A stretch of DNA of 63,801 bases, filler included, from Stramenopiles sp. TOSAG23-6 (taxonomy: Eukaryota), in NCBI GenBank assembly GCA_900128565.1. It is 6 parts of 6 records of this genome, joined end to end, with 100 filler letters (N's around TTAATTAATTAA, not from the genome) between each part and the next. Parts side by side here need not be neighbours in the genome. Positions count along the whole stretch, not along the records: positions 25,139 to 37,464 come from LT636206.1; positions 37,565 to 49,887 come from LT636207.1; 4 more parts are not named here. One strand, 5' to 3'. Under the pieces are notes generated by a model, which saw only the letters and a program-made list of their open reading frames with translations, searched no databases and was not told where the DNA came from. Shown piece after piece: positions 34,712-46,600 of the stretch. The translations under genes and the position numbers were made by a program. Numbering within the stretch: the first letter of the stretch is position 1; the number at the start of each line of letters is the position of its first letter.

Positions 34712-35452
34712 TTATTCTTTTCCAAGGGGCCATTTTACTCTTTGATCAATAAGTGGCAAGACATTTTTATTGTTTTCATCCATTTGGTAAGGTCCAACCA
34801 ATTCGTCTCTTTCAGACGTTTTGTTCTTTTTTTTAAATATTGCATTATTATAGAAACGTTCTCTACAGTTTCCATTTAATAAACATTTTGGTGTACATGC
34901 ACCTTCAGTGATACAATTAAGGCAATCATTTGTTTCCAAGCGATAGTGAAATTTTACATTTGAGCCATTTCGTTTTCGTAATGGTGGTGAAATTGAATTC
35001 ACTCTTAAATCTTTGTATTCGAATGGAGGAACCGACAGTGCTGGCATATAAGGATGATCTTCTTGCGAAGGGTAATAATTAGATTTATCAATATCATTAG
35101 TGATACCTTGTTCACGACCATAAAGAGCTTCGGGTCCTACACGAAAAGCAGCCTCATATAATGATGACAACTTTTGACATTGCGGGGCACACGAGTCACT
35201 AAAAATTTCTGCACATTTTACTATAAATTCATAAGCAACATTAACAGTTGAATGAAAACCCTTCTTATCATCAAAACCTTTCCAAATATTTTCAGTTAAC
35301 CAAGTTTTCATCGCAGTATACGTTAGATCATTTTTATTCATTTTTGCGTCAATATTAGACTTCATATCACCTTTTACTACACCTATATTACTTTTCAACA
35401 CAAGTTTCTCAGAATTAACATCTGTCAAGTAGTCTAGTCTAGGGTCAGGTCC
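34712..35452 (-). CDS. Hypothetical protein, terminal exon (5' missing)
   Basis: Open frame GPDPRLDYLTDV... begins right after a family-type acceptor at 35453. Confidence 0.55.
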   Translation of the reverse strand, partial: GPDPRLDYLTDVNSEKLVLKSNIGVVKGDMKSNIDAKMNKNDLTYTAMKTWLTENIWKGFDDKKGFHSTVNVAYEFIVKCAEIFSDSCAPQCQKLSSLYEAAFRVGPEALYGREQGITNDIDKSNYYPSQEDHPYMPALSVPPFEYKDLRVNSISPPLRKRNGSNVKFHYRLETNDCLNCITEGACTPKCLLNGNCRERFYNNAIFKKKNKTSERDELVGPYQMDENNKNVLPLIDQRVKWPLGKE

Positions 35453-35633
35453 AAATATTGTAAAAAAATATTTTTTAAAAATCAGTCAGTACGAAATTTT
35501 CATTCATAGTAAAAAAAAAAGAAATCGGAAAGGGTTCGGAAAGGGTTTTTTTTTTTTTTTTTTTTTTTTGGTAAAAAATTTTATACGTAAAAATTTTTTT
35601 TTACTAAAAAAAAAAAATTTTTTTTTTTTTTAA

Positions 35634-35664
<31 letters not shown>

Positions 35665-35738
35665 TTTTTTTTTCGTACGAAATTTCGTNCCTAACAAATT
35701 TTTTTTTTTTTTTTTTGAAATATTTTTACAAAATACAT

Positions 35739-35793
35739 GAATGCTATGAAAGACTGGGGTGGAGCTGATAACCCGCAATGTCCAGTGCAATAA
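35739..35793 (+). CDS. Short terminal exon ending in CaaX-like CPVQ (5' missing)
   Basis: NAMKDWGGADNPQCPVQ-stop follows a family acceptor AAAATACAT at 35738. Confidence 0.45.
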
Positions 35794-36002
35794 CACAATA
35801 ACACGATAAAACTCAATAATTTCTAAAAATTAAAATGAAACATTTTGAAGATGATATTCTTTTCTTGTTTATAAAGAAAAGTATTACAAAACGCTATATA
35901 AGTTATTAATTATATTGCGTTTCAACGACTTCAGATGTTTAATTTGTTAATCATATATTGCGTTTCAACGATTTCAGATGTCATGCTTATAAACAAAATA
36001 TA

Positions 36003-37399
36003 TTACAAAGCTCTAGCTGATTTATGCACGGGACAGCCCCAACATCCATATTGAGTTTCAAGCACTCCTTCAGTTTTTTCAGGTAGTTGCAACACAGGTT
36101 CTCGAATAAGTCTTTTTATTTCTTTTTCAGTAAATGCAAATACAATGACAGGTAATGCTTTTGTATCACTCAAGTATTGTGAAAAAATATATTTTTTTGT
36201 ACAATTTGTTAGGTACAAAATTTCATACGAAAAAAAAAATTATATTGGACATTTATAATAAAAACATACATGGTAACATCACCTCCTTTTATTCTACGTC
36301 CAAAACTAAATGCTTTACAGAACACTCCTTTTGGTTTCAGCATCTGATTAAATTATGTGAAAAATATTTTATAAAAAAAAAACTTAAATTTGTTAGGTAC
36401 AAAATTTCGTACGAAAAAAAAACAAAATTGAAATTGATGATGAAACCGTACAATATCCCTCAGCCATTTTCGAAATCCAATTTGAAATGGATCGAGTTTT
36501 GCAAAAGGTATACATCCATAAAAGAACCAGAAGATTGGTAATAAAATCGATACTATCATTAAAAAGCAATGAAAAACACGACAAACGTCGCAATGATGAC
36601 TTTTCTTTTGGACTTTTAATAATTGTTGCATTGAAATTTTCCATTCTTCTTCCGTCACATGTATTGTGAATTTTTTTTTTTTTTAATAAAAAAAATCGTT
36701 AGGTACAAAATTTCGTATAAAAAAAAACATTTTTAAAAATTTTTTAAAAAAATTAAAAAAACCTACACCTCTGGCTGCTAGAGGGTTTGGTACGGAATGA
36801 AACCACTCTTCATCTTCCATGTGAGGTTGAAAACCACCACATCGACCAAAAACAGCAACGCAATTATTTGTGTCATTTCCTTCAATGACAAAACGAGAGT
36901 TTGAATTTTGCCATAATTCTGGACCACACAAACCTGTCTCATTATCAATTTCAGACCCTAACCCTAACCTCTCATCCATAGAATTATTTTTTTCAGGTTC
37001 CTGAAGATGTGCAAATTGAAGAAAAATACTTTCTAAATTATTCTGACCACACATAAATGACGCAATCTTATGAGTATCTTTCAGTTTCTGTAATTCTCGG
37101 TATACTACAGGCAGTGAAAATGTATCACACATGTATTGTAAAAATTTTTTTTTTTTTTTTCCGTAAAATAAAAAAAAATCGTTAGGTACAAAATTTCGTA
37201 CGAAAAAAATTAAATTTGAAATTAATTGTAAAAACGTACGATCCAAGTTGTGCAGAACAAAATTTCTTATCATGTCGTTTATCCATCTTTACATTTGGAC
37301 ATAATTTCTTTAATACAGGAATAACATTATCTGCAACATCGTAACCCGGTTCCATTGTTACAGTGCAGGTATATCCTTTTGCATATTTTGAAAGTAGAT
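36003..37399 (-). CDS. ABCA transporter C-terminal part with extension (5' partial, 5 exons)
   Basis: LLSKYAKGY and QNNLESIFLQFA ABCA regulatory motifs. Introns 37131-37239, 36659-36765, 36350-36451 and 36172-36269. Confidence 0.75.
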
Positions 37400-37564
37400 A
37401 TGTATTTTTGAAAAATATTTCAAAAAAAAAAAAAAAAATTGTTAGGTACAAAATTTCGTACGAANNNNNNNNNNNNNNNNNNNNNNNNNNNNNNNNNNNN
37501 NNNNNNNNTTAATTAATTAANNNNNNNNNNNNNNNNNNNNNNNNNNNNNNNNNNNNNNNNNNNN

Positions 37565-38040
37565 TTTGTATTTTAATTATGCAAATGAAGGAAAGAGGAC
37601 AGCCTCATTTGTGTGCGGGTTTGAATCCTGATTATTTTGTCAGTTGTGTTGAAAACTTGGAAAGCTTACTTAGAGCAGACAAAGCTGTCACATATTGGCT
37701 TCGATCAGGTTGTATGCATTTAGACCGCGAGGGGCCTGAAATTGTAAAACCCTGTCCTGCACATGTACGTTTTGATTTTTTTTGTGTTTAATTTTCATAC
37801 GAAATTTTGTACCTAACAAAAAAAATCAATTTTAAAAATATTTTTTCATACGAAATTTTGTACCTAACAAAAAAAATCAATTTAAAAAAATATTTTTTCA
37901 TTATACATGCTATCTGCGCATGGGTGCCCAATTTATTTGAGGATGTCGGAATTGTCACACCAAGAAATGAACTCGCACCAATGTGCCCAAGAGATTTTAA
38001 GTATTTACCGAGAATTCCAAGAAAACAAGCCACTCAATAA
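37565..38040 (+). CDS. Hypothetical protein, last two exons (5' partial)
   Basis: Intron 37765-37908 joins KPCPAH to AICAWVPNL in frame. Confidence 0.6.
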
Positions 38041-38343
38041 ATGATGTAATCACTACAAAACAATTAGTATTAATTTTTTATTTTTTGTGCAATTTTTATT
38101 CAGTTTAACTTTTTGTGTTTCGTCTTGCACAAAAAATCTTTTGCTTATACTTAGTGGTAGCAAATTGGACATGATGAAAATTTATTAATTTAAATAAACG
38201 AAAACAAAAACAGGTTTGTTTCGCAAAAAACAGAGTCAAGTGCGAGTCAAGTCAACTGAGAATCAATTCCAATTGGCAATTTCTGCTATTGATTTGATTG
38301 AAAAAGGTAGTGGAACAGGATAATATTTGCGAGTACTAATACT

Positions 38344-39414
38344 ATGGACTTTAGCTCTTCGACTTGGTCTGATGTGACGCCATTACCTCAAGATGATGGT
38401 CCGGCTCCAGTATGTAGCATTGCTTATAAGCCAGCTTTTAGTACAGCAATGTCATATTTCCGTGCTCTTCTCGCCGTAGAAGAAGTGAGTGAGCGTGCAT
38501 TATCACTGACTCGTCATGTCATTGGACTAAACGCTGCAAACTACACCGCTTGGTACTATAGGCGCGTATGTCTTTTTTCTCTGAATAAAGATCTTAATGA
38601 GGAACTCGACTATATAGATACTGTGACTGTGAAAGGCTCAAAGAATTATCAATTGTGGTACCATCGACGCGTTGTAGTAGAACGACTTGGTGACTGCACA
38701 CGTGAACTTGTGGCAACTAGTGAGCAACTTTCAATGGATGCCAAAAATTATCACGCTTGGACACATCGACAATGGGTTCTCAGACATTTTGGATGTTGGG
38801 AAGATGAGTTGAAATATGTTGAAACTTTGATTGATGATGATGTTCGCAATAATTCCGCTTGGAACCAGCGTTGGTATGTAGTAAGTCACACGAGTACTAC
38901 GGACAATGAAGAAGAAAATTCAGAAACAATCAACAAACAATCTGAATTTATTTCTCCTCAATCTGTAGTACTTTCCCCTGATGTCAAACTTCGTGAAATC
39001 GAGTATACACTTCGTCAGATTGAGAAAGCCGTCAATAATGAATCACCATATGCATATTTGCGGGGTATCGTTTTAGCTCATAATGGTGAAAATTACGGCA
39101 AATATTCAGAATTCCCAATAATTTTGGAGACTCTGCACCGTCTTCGATTTTCTAAATCTGCTGAAGATGTCAATCAAAATGTCACAGAGACTGAAACTGA
39201 ATCATTTGATTCTAACACATTGAAAGATTCATGTGCTCCATTATTAGCACTTTTAGTTGATATTTATATTCAAGAAAAAAACAAATTACAAATTCAGGAA
39301 ATTTGTAAAATTTTAGGCAACGACGTGGATAAAATGCGTGCTAAGTATTGGATGCACATTGCTAGAAAATATAAAAATGACANGGAATGTACTCCTAATT
39401 GTACGAGTCACTAG
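38344..39414 (+). CDS. FNTA: Protein farnesyltransferase / geranylgeranyltransferase-I alpha subunit
   Basis: WSDVTPLPQDDGP and PPTA repeats NYTAWYYRR, KNYQLWYHRR, KNYHAWTHRQW, RNNSAWNQR. Confidence 0.93.
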   Translation: MDFSSSTWSDVTPLPQDDGPAPVCSIAYKPAFSTAMSYFRALLAVEEVSERALSLTRHVIGLNAANYTAWYYRRVCLFSLNKDLNEELDYIDTVTVKGSKNYQLWYHRRVVVERLGDCTRELVATSEQLSMDAKNYHAWTHRQWVLRHFGCWEDELKYVETLIDDDVRNNSAWNQRWYVVSHTSTTDNEEENSETINKQSEFISPQSVVLSPDVKLREIEYTLRQIEKAVNNESPYAYLRGIVLAHNGENYGKYSEFPIILETLHRLRFSKSAEDVNQNVTETETESFDSNTLKDSCAPLLALLVDIYIQEKNKLQIQEICKILGNDVDKMRAKYWMHIARKYKNDXECTPNCTSH

Positions 39415-39611
39415 CTATGAAACTCACGTTTTGATATAATAAATGATAAAATAAAATTCAAACTAGTTTCAACTTTAAAGTTTCAACTTCCAGAAAGTCG
39501 AAGTGTACCCGGTACTCCGGACGTGTCACAACAGAAAAAAATTGCACTTTCATCAAAATATGTGTTTCTTGCGCTTGACACAGCACACAAAAAAACATTG
39601 ATTGCATTCCA

Positions 39612-40727
39612 ATGGCCTCAATACGAGGAATAAAAAAAATGACACCTCTAATGAGAGGTCTAGGGGCTGCCGTTTTCTCTGGCTTATCTGCTACAACTTT
39701 TGGGTTGGGTGTATGGCAATTTAAGCGTTTCTATGAGAAAGAAGACCAGATTATTGCTAGGGAAAGTCTTCTCCATGCACCAGTGAAACCAATTTCAAAT
39801 TTACTTATTGATGCGCTGACTGAAGGCAATCAAACTGATATAGACACTCATACCAATCAAAGAGATATTGAAATGCCAAATTCAATTGATTTCACGTCTC
39901 AACTCTTCAAAAAATTCCGTTGTGAAGGCAAATTTGAAGATGGCGTTGTTATTCTTGGACCTCGGTCACCACCAAAACACACGGATATTTATGACAACAA
40001 GAAACCAGGATCTGCATCTGGTTTTTATATCTTTTCACCATTCCGATGTAATGATGGGCGTTTTATAGTTATATGTCGTGGTTGGATTCCTAGGAGTGAA
40101 ATAAACAGAAATCCTGCCACAAAATGGAAAGTTTCAGAAGATCCTCGACGGGCTTTAACTACTACTGTGACTGGTGTGTTGAGAAATACTGAAAAAAAAG
40201 CACGATTTAGTCCAGATGCAGAAATATCGAAGAATCATATGAAGCCCTCACGATTCTATTGGCTCGATATAGATGGTATTGCTACTACATTAGGCATTAG
40301 ACTAAGAAATTCATCACCAGTTCCTAAAAAAGAAAATAGTGTTGTTGAAGAAGATGTTTACATAGATTTGTTACCAAATGGAGAAATATACGATACATCG
40401 AGTAAACATACTAGTAAAACAACATGGTTTTCGGGGTTGTGGTGCGTATTCACCATTCGTGTTTTACCTACTATTTTTTTTTGTACCAAATTTTGTACCT
40501 AACGAATTTCAAATTTTTGAAATATTTTTTCACACAATAGGGGGACATCCACCATAGATAATAAGACTATTGCTATTCAATCGAACGATTTTGTTCCTAT
40601 TGCAAAACCACTCGATGCACACAAAGATTTTTATACAACAACGTTTACTCATGCTGGCTATTCTGCAACTTGGTTTAGTTTATCTTTTTGTTGTTTTGCA
40701 TTAACATTCTTGAAGTTTAGACGTTAA
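39612..40727 (+). CDS. SURF1: SURF1/Shy1 cytochrome c oxidase assembly protein
   Basis: TFGLGVWQ and ICRGWIP. After intron 40442-40540 (GT..AG) comes HAGYSATWFSLS. Confidence 0.9.
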
Positions 40728-40832
40728 AATATCTATTAGTTTAGTTTAGTTTTTTCACTATAAAAAATCCTATCAAATTTCAAATATAACAATGTAAAAA
40801 ATAGTAAAAAATAGTAAAAATCCTGTATATAT

Positions 40833-42026
40833 TTATTTATGATTCCACCCATAATCTACACCCACTAAATCGAAAAAGGCTTCATTATGTGGTCTAAAAA
40901 AATCTCTAAGTTTCTGCTTCAATTTAGGATTGAATGGTTTTTGCCAAGCTTTACGTCCGCGTTGCTCGGCAGTGTTTTTAGGTGCTGTATCGCTGATTAC
41001 GTGTGGTGATACACCAATATGCCGAAACACTTTATTAAGTTCATTTTGACAACTTTCCGATGTCCTCAAATCGTCGCTATTGACAATGAGAAGTTGGTCT
41101 CGAGAAAAATGCCTGAGCCAAAGTTTGATCTGAGCATAATATAATCCTCTGCCTACCCAAGAATGAGCACCATGACCATTGTTTGGTCTCTTATTGAAAT
41201 AATTAGTGCCAAGAGATGAGATAACTTTATCATCGACTAGCTTTTCATCGTTCAGACCTGCTTGAGCTAGTTCTTCCAAATCTTTTTCTACTAATTCTTC
41301 CATAGTTTTTGGAAATCCTTCACTATTCAGAATTTTAAAACTTCCTCTCATTCTTTTTACAACATCATTACCTTCTGGGTCTATAGTCATATTATAATGA
41401 GAGTATACACGATCAACTGGGTCTCTAACTACTATGACCAACCTCACATTTGGAGTCAGAGTTAGTATTTTCGATGCCAATGACTCTCCGTATAAAAGAT
41501 AACTTGGGGTGGCTTCACCAGAAACTAATATTCTTTGAGGCGCAGCTTCAATCATCTTGGTAACTGGAAATAATTGTAAATATACTCTTCTAAGATCTAA
41601 AGTGTTTTTTTTCGGTATTGTTCCCTCTTTTTCTTGAACTAGCTCAGAATTAGAAGCAACACTACTTTCAATACGTTCACAAGGTTTACTCAATCTCCCA
41701 TTACTATCACTAGAATATATTGTATTATCACTGTAGGTAGCATCAAATTCCATTGCAGCATCCGCGAGAGCAATCTCTGGAGGCATCAAACGGTGACGAA
41801 TGGCTTCAGACCAACGCCAGTCAAAGAAATGAGTTTCCTTGCGTCGAGCACTTAGAACATTTGGATGTTGACAGACATAGTCATACAACGCTGTTGTTCC
41901 GCATTTCATGACACCCAGAATAATAAACCGAGGTACGTTGTCAAGAAAACGAGGTTTTGAGGGTATGACATCGTTCAGAGTTCCAGTCATTCTCCAATAT
42001 TCAACAATTGACAATAATATTGACAA
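40833..42026 (-). CDS. Sulfotransferase, heparan-sulfate 3-O-sulfotransferase-like
   Basis: FIILGVMKCGTTALY, KETHFFD, GEATPSY, VRDPVDRVYSHY, LRDFFRPHN. Start codon uncertain. Confidence 0.88.
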   Translation of the reverse strand: MSILLSIVEYWRMTGTLNDVIPSKPRFLDNVPRFIILGVMKCGTTALYDYVCQHPNVLSARRKETHFFDWRWSEAIRHRLMPPEIALADAAMEFDATYSDNTIYSSDSNGRLSKPCERIESSVASNSELVQEKEGTIPKKNTLDLRRVYLQLFPVTKMIEAAPQRILVSGEATPSYLLYGESLASKILTLTPNVRLVIVVRDPVDRVYSHYNMTIDPEGNDVVKRMRGSFKILNSEGFPKTMEELVEKDLEELAQAGLNDEKLVDDKVISSLGTNYFNKRPNNGHGAHSWVGRGLYYAQIKLWLRHFSRDQLLIVNSDDLRTSESCQNELNKVFRHIGVSPHVISDTAPKNTAEQRGRKAWQKPFNPKLKQKLRDFFRPHNEAFFDLVGVDYGWNHK

Positions 42027-42285
42027 TAATTTGAACTGGCTTGGTATATACTATAAAGTACTACTGTATGTAAAAATTCTGATTTCAATCAGACTGGTTC
42101 TTTAGGTAACAAAATTTTATACGAAAAAGAAGTCAGTCTAGAATATTCGGATAGATTCATCCTCGTGTTTTGTCCCTTTGTTCTGCGGTGTCTTCTGTCG
42201 TTTATAGTCGTATTGGAGACACACAGTGGCCTAGCCTCAATTTCTGTTTGATCCCAAGTTTTAACGCTTCCTAAATCTTATCAAA

Positions 42286-43155
42286 ATGCCAACCCGTGCA
42301 CGTAAAGAAGAATACTTCGCAAAGCTCGAGAAACTCCTCGATGCACACACCCAAGTCTTCCTTGTCCATGCCGACAATGTTGGTTCCAAGCAGCTGCAGC
42401 ACATTCGCATTGCCCTCCGTGGCGTTGCTCAAGTTGTCATGGGAAAAAATACCATGATGCGTCGTTGCATTTCCAACTGGCTCATTAAGAACCCAGAAAA
42501 TGAAATCGCTAAACTTCTTCCTCATATTATTGGAAACGTTGGTTTCATCTTCTGTACTGGTCACCTCGCAGAAGCTCGTAAGGTTATCCTTCAGCACGTT
42601 GTCCCTGCTCCTTGTAAGGCTGGTGTTCTTGCTAACTGTGATGTATGGGTACCAGCAGGTCCAACCGGTTGTGATCCATCTCAGACCAGTTACTTTCAGG
42701 CTCTTAACGTCGCTACCAAGATTTCCAAAGGTCAGATTGAAATTGTCAGTGACATCAAGGTCTGTAACGTGGGAGAACGTGTTTCCCCTGGTGCTGCTTC
42801 TCTCTGTAATCGCATGGAAATCAAACCATTCAAGTTTGGACTCCAGATTCAACAGGTATATGACAACGGTTCCCTCTTCAGTCCTGCTGTTCTTGACATC
42901 ACTGATGACGATCTTGTTTACAAATTCTGCCAAGGTGTTCGCAACATTGCTGCTGTCTCACTTGTTGTTGGTTATCCAACTCTTGCTTCCATCCCTCACT
43001 CTTTGACTAATGCTGTCATGCAGTGCGTTGCTTTGTTGCACGGAGCTGGATCAACCTACTCTTTTGAAAAGGCTGAACTTGCGCTTGCTGCGCTTCCAAA
43101 GCCAGCTGCTGCTGAGGAACCTGCTGCTGAAGAAGCTGCTGCTGAAGAAGAGTAA
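42286..43155 (+). CDS. RPLP0: 60S acidic ribosomal protein P0 (uL10)
   Basis: ADNVGSKQLQHIRIALRG, MGKNTMMR, GNVGFIF, TKISKGQIEI; strong codon bias. Confidence 0.96.
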   Translation: MPTRARKEEYFAKLEKLLDAHTQVFLVHADNVGSKQLQHIRIALRGVAQVVMGKNTMMRRCISNWLIKNPENEIAKLLPHIIGNVGFIFCTGHLAEARKVILQHVVPAPCKAGVLANCDVWVPAGPTGCDPSQTSYFQALNVATKISKGQIEIVSDIKVCNVGERVSPGAASLCNRMEIKPFKFGLQIQQVYDNGSLFSPAVLDITDDDLVYKFCQGVRNIAAVSLVVGYPTLASIPHSLTNAVMQCVALLHGAGSTYSFEKAELALAALPKPAAAEEPAAEEAAAEEE

Positions 43156-43607
43156 ACATCTCTTCTCTTCACTTGGGACTGTGTCTTGTTGGATTGGTAT
43201 GTTTAGTATTCTTTTAGTGCACAGGTGTTGAATTCTGATGTATATGTATCGATTGTGATGGTTTGAAAGTGTTGTTTTCATCATTTTTATTCTATTCAGA
43301 TTTTGTTTATTATACAGACGAAGGATATTTCTGAACGGTAAAACAATAAGAAGAAATGTCAAGAAAGTCTTTAATTATTTGATTATTTACTTTTTGATTT
43401 TTTCTTCTTTTAAACGACTTCCCGTGAGAGGTTTAGTTATATGTATAATCTGGAAAAAGTATGTTCGCCACTGGCAGAATTATATTTGTTTCATTTTAAT
43501 ATTAAATAAGAAATTTCTCATGAAATTAGATTTCTTTTATTTTATTTATTGGTTATAACTTGTTACATACGAAATTTCGTATGAAAAAATTAATTATTTT
43601 TTTTTCT

Positions 43608-46600
43608 CTAGGGTCGTTGATTGTTTACTATATCAGCTAACGATCTCTGTCGAGGAACTTTCGGAGCATCACTTTTATGTAGTGTTATTTTGGTCTCCTC
43701 AAAACCATCAGCTCTGAGTCCTTCAGATGCAATATTTTGTGCGGCCAACTCTTGTGCACACTTCAAACAATTGCCAAAAACAATATGATGTCGACAGGAT
43801 AGAGTTCCGCTAATAGGCGCATCTAATTTACGCTGTACAAGTTTGTCTTCCTGCGATGGTTGTTGTACATGTTTGTGTCCTTTATTAAGTGGGGGTGCAT
43901 CAGGGTCAAGTGTACAATCTTCTGCTTTAAATCCGTACTTATTGGCCTCCTGTCCTTCCCAAGTCAACATATGCCGCCCTTTCCAGTCATCAATGTGAGT
44001 ATTTTGCACTTTTTCAACTTCTTTAAGTATTTCTTGCTTTTTCTTTGCTAATACTTCCACAGAAGTTTTTGCATATTCGTGTGCTGTACCCATGTTTGTT
44101 GTAGCTTTAGCGTGTGCTCGAGCCTCTGCCATATGGCGAACAGCATTCTGCTTTGCGTTCACAATACTTTTCATCAAAATAGTTCGCGAGCTTCCGACAA
44201 TGACAATATTTTTCTTTAATATCGCTTTTTCCTTTCTTAAAATTGTTGATACATCACCAACTTCTTCCGTTTGGATTCCACGAGAAACCACGGGGCGTTT
44301 GCCGAGTGCACGCTTCATAAGCAATTGCAATCGCTTAGATTGTGCCAGGGTCTGTACCTTTGTCAATTGTTTCGCTTTATTTATTTCTTTTGCTCTCTTG
44401 TAATGATCTATGACGATGGTGTGCTTTTCTTGTAAATCATTGCAATAATTGTTCCAACGAATATCGGTTAAACTTCCAGTATTTCGGCGAGCAAATTGAC
44501 CTCGCCATATTGCAAATAAAAGGCCCAAAGTTATTGTAAAGATATTGAATATAATCATCGCAGTTGCTGTTCTATCTAGAAGATCTGAATGAGAAATTCC
44601 GAGTAATATCAATAAATATCCTACAACTGCCAAAAGCAATTGACCAAGTACAGCAATTGATTGTAAAATATTTAGTATCGTTGTCACGTAAGGTTGTTTT
44701 TTTACAATGAAAACTAGATATATACTTTGTAATGATATGGTGATCAAAACTGGAAATTCGCTGTGCCCTTTTATTAGTGCTCCAATCAAAAGTTGTCTGA
44801 TGCAGTCTGCAACAGGAAAAAATGCACGCCAACCAGGTTTAAACTCATCGCCCTCGAAAAATGGTGCCGGGGGCTTCAAATGATGTAGCCACAACAAAAT
44901 CACAGGAGCACTCAGAGCAGCAACTGGTAAAAGCACAAATGACATTGTAATGATGGCAACATGCTCTGAGTTGTAACACTCTATGCGGAAATCTCGTTTA
45001 AATCGTAGAATGCTGTCGATCTCACCATTATCAATGTGCATGGGAACATCAATACAGTCAAATGTTTCGTAGCATAATCTACACACTGGTATATAAAACA
45101 TTATCAAAGCAAGACATGATGAACTCAATGCGAGGGAGCGCCAGTGTGATGCAGTTGCAAGAAGCTCTACAACGTATCGATCCCGCACAGCTAGTGGTAC
45201 ATCTCTTCCATACCCCGACTCGGCGTCAAATCCACACTCTCTCAGTTTTAAGAATAGTTCTGCTCGTTCCCGTCTCTTCTGTTGCATTAAGATATCCTGA
45301 GCTTTCCAGTCATATGCGCCTGGTTTTGCTCGGCGGGGACCATCAGGGTTAATGTAGCGAGATACGGTTGCTGTCATGGGTTCAGGGAATGGCCATTCAA
45401 CCCCCGTGTTGTCTTTTTCTTTCGCAGATGCACGCAAAATTCTTCTTTCGTGAATTCGGCGTTTTTGTTGAAGTCTACTATCACAAATACACCAGAATCC
45501 AATCACTATTACAGGAGGAACAACCAATAAAATTACACACACTATGAGAAGAGCGCCAAAAGCTGAACCGCCATCACCTGTAGCACACCCAATAACAGAA
45601 AATAATGGGGATACAGGAAGATCTGCAACACTATCGAGGGATGTTAGAAAATCCCAAAGTTTGTACGGCCATGGTATTTGATATATATGAACCACTGCTG
45701 CCAAACATTGTATGTGTGCCCAAACTATTCGAAAAGCAGCCACTGATTCTCTCGCAGCCTGCCTTTGCTCTTTTGCTATTGTAATTGTTAAAGCTATGCG
45801 CAGCACCAAATGTTCCTGCTCTGATGGTGGTGGTTCAATGGCACTTAAAATTTCAGCATCTACATATTTTTTCTCCAGCAATTTTAATTTTTGTTTAGTT
45901 TCCTTTATGTCACTATACTTACTAATTTGTATTTTTGAAGTATTCTTTTCACATCTTGCACTTGAATTAACCGGTGTCTTTTTAATATCTTCATCATCTT
46001 CAATATTTTCTAAAACCAGTGTTTTGTGTTTAGCCAAAGCTTTTTTTCGAGATAATGCAACTTCTTTTTCACGCTTTAAGCGGGCATTTTGTCGTCGCGT
46101 CTGTAAAGTTTTTTTCTTTATCTTACTATTTTTAGAAGTCATTAAATTTGCCATTTTCTGGATCTCAGATGATCTTGAACTATTCCCCGCCCCCCTCGAA
46201 GCTTCTATGAGTCGTTTACGTTGTGAAGGGGTAACCACAAGACTTGCTCTGCGAAGTAATTTTATTTCATTTTCTCTTTGGACTTCCTCCCAATCTGGCT
46301 CTGCTTTTCGAGTATACCTAGAAATTCCTAAACTGCTCTCACCAAAAAAACTACGCCTTCGATTTGAAGGCGAGGGTGTCAAAGTATCTTGTGTGTGCGA
46401 AGGGCTAGGGAAAAAGCTACGTTTTATATTACTTTGACCTGGGGCGATCGCATTTGGTCTACGACTGTGACTGAAACTTGGAACTTCTGGTGCATCTAGA
46501 TCCAGAACTGGTAAATTTTTTACCACATCTGAAATATCCTCGGGAACCGCAGGTTCCTCGGGGATATTATCCAGGGTATCCGAATATGTATGCTCTAGTT

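Noticed and set aside
5134-42026. Sulfate transporter plus two sulfotransferases as a sulfur gene cluster
   Set aside because: The second sulfotransferase is on a different, unlinked contig, and one neighbouring pair is not enough.
42271-42933. 220-aa antisense ORF over RPLP0 (and similar shadows over SLC26, CPS and LRR genes)
   Set aside because: These are expected by-products of codon bias on the sense strand, with no recognisable motifs.
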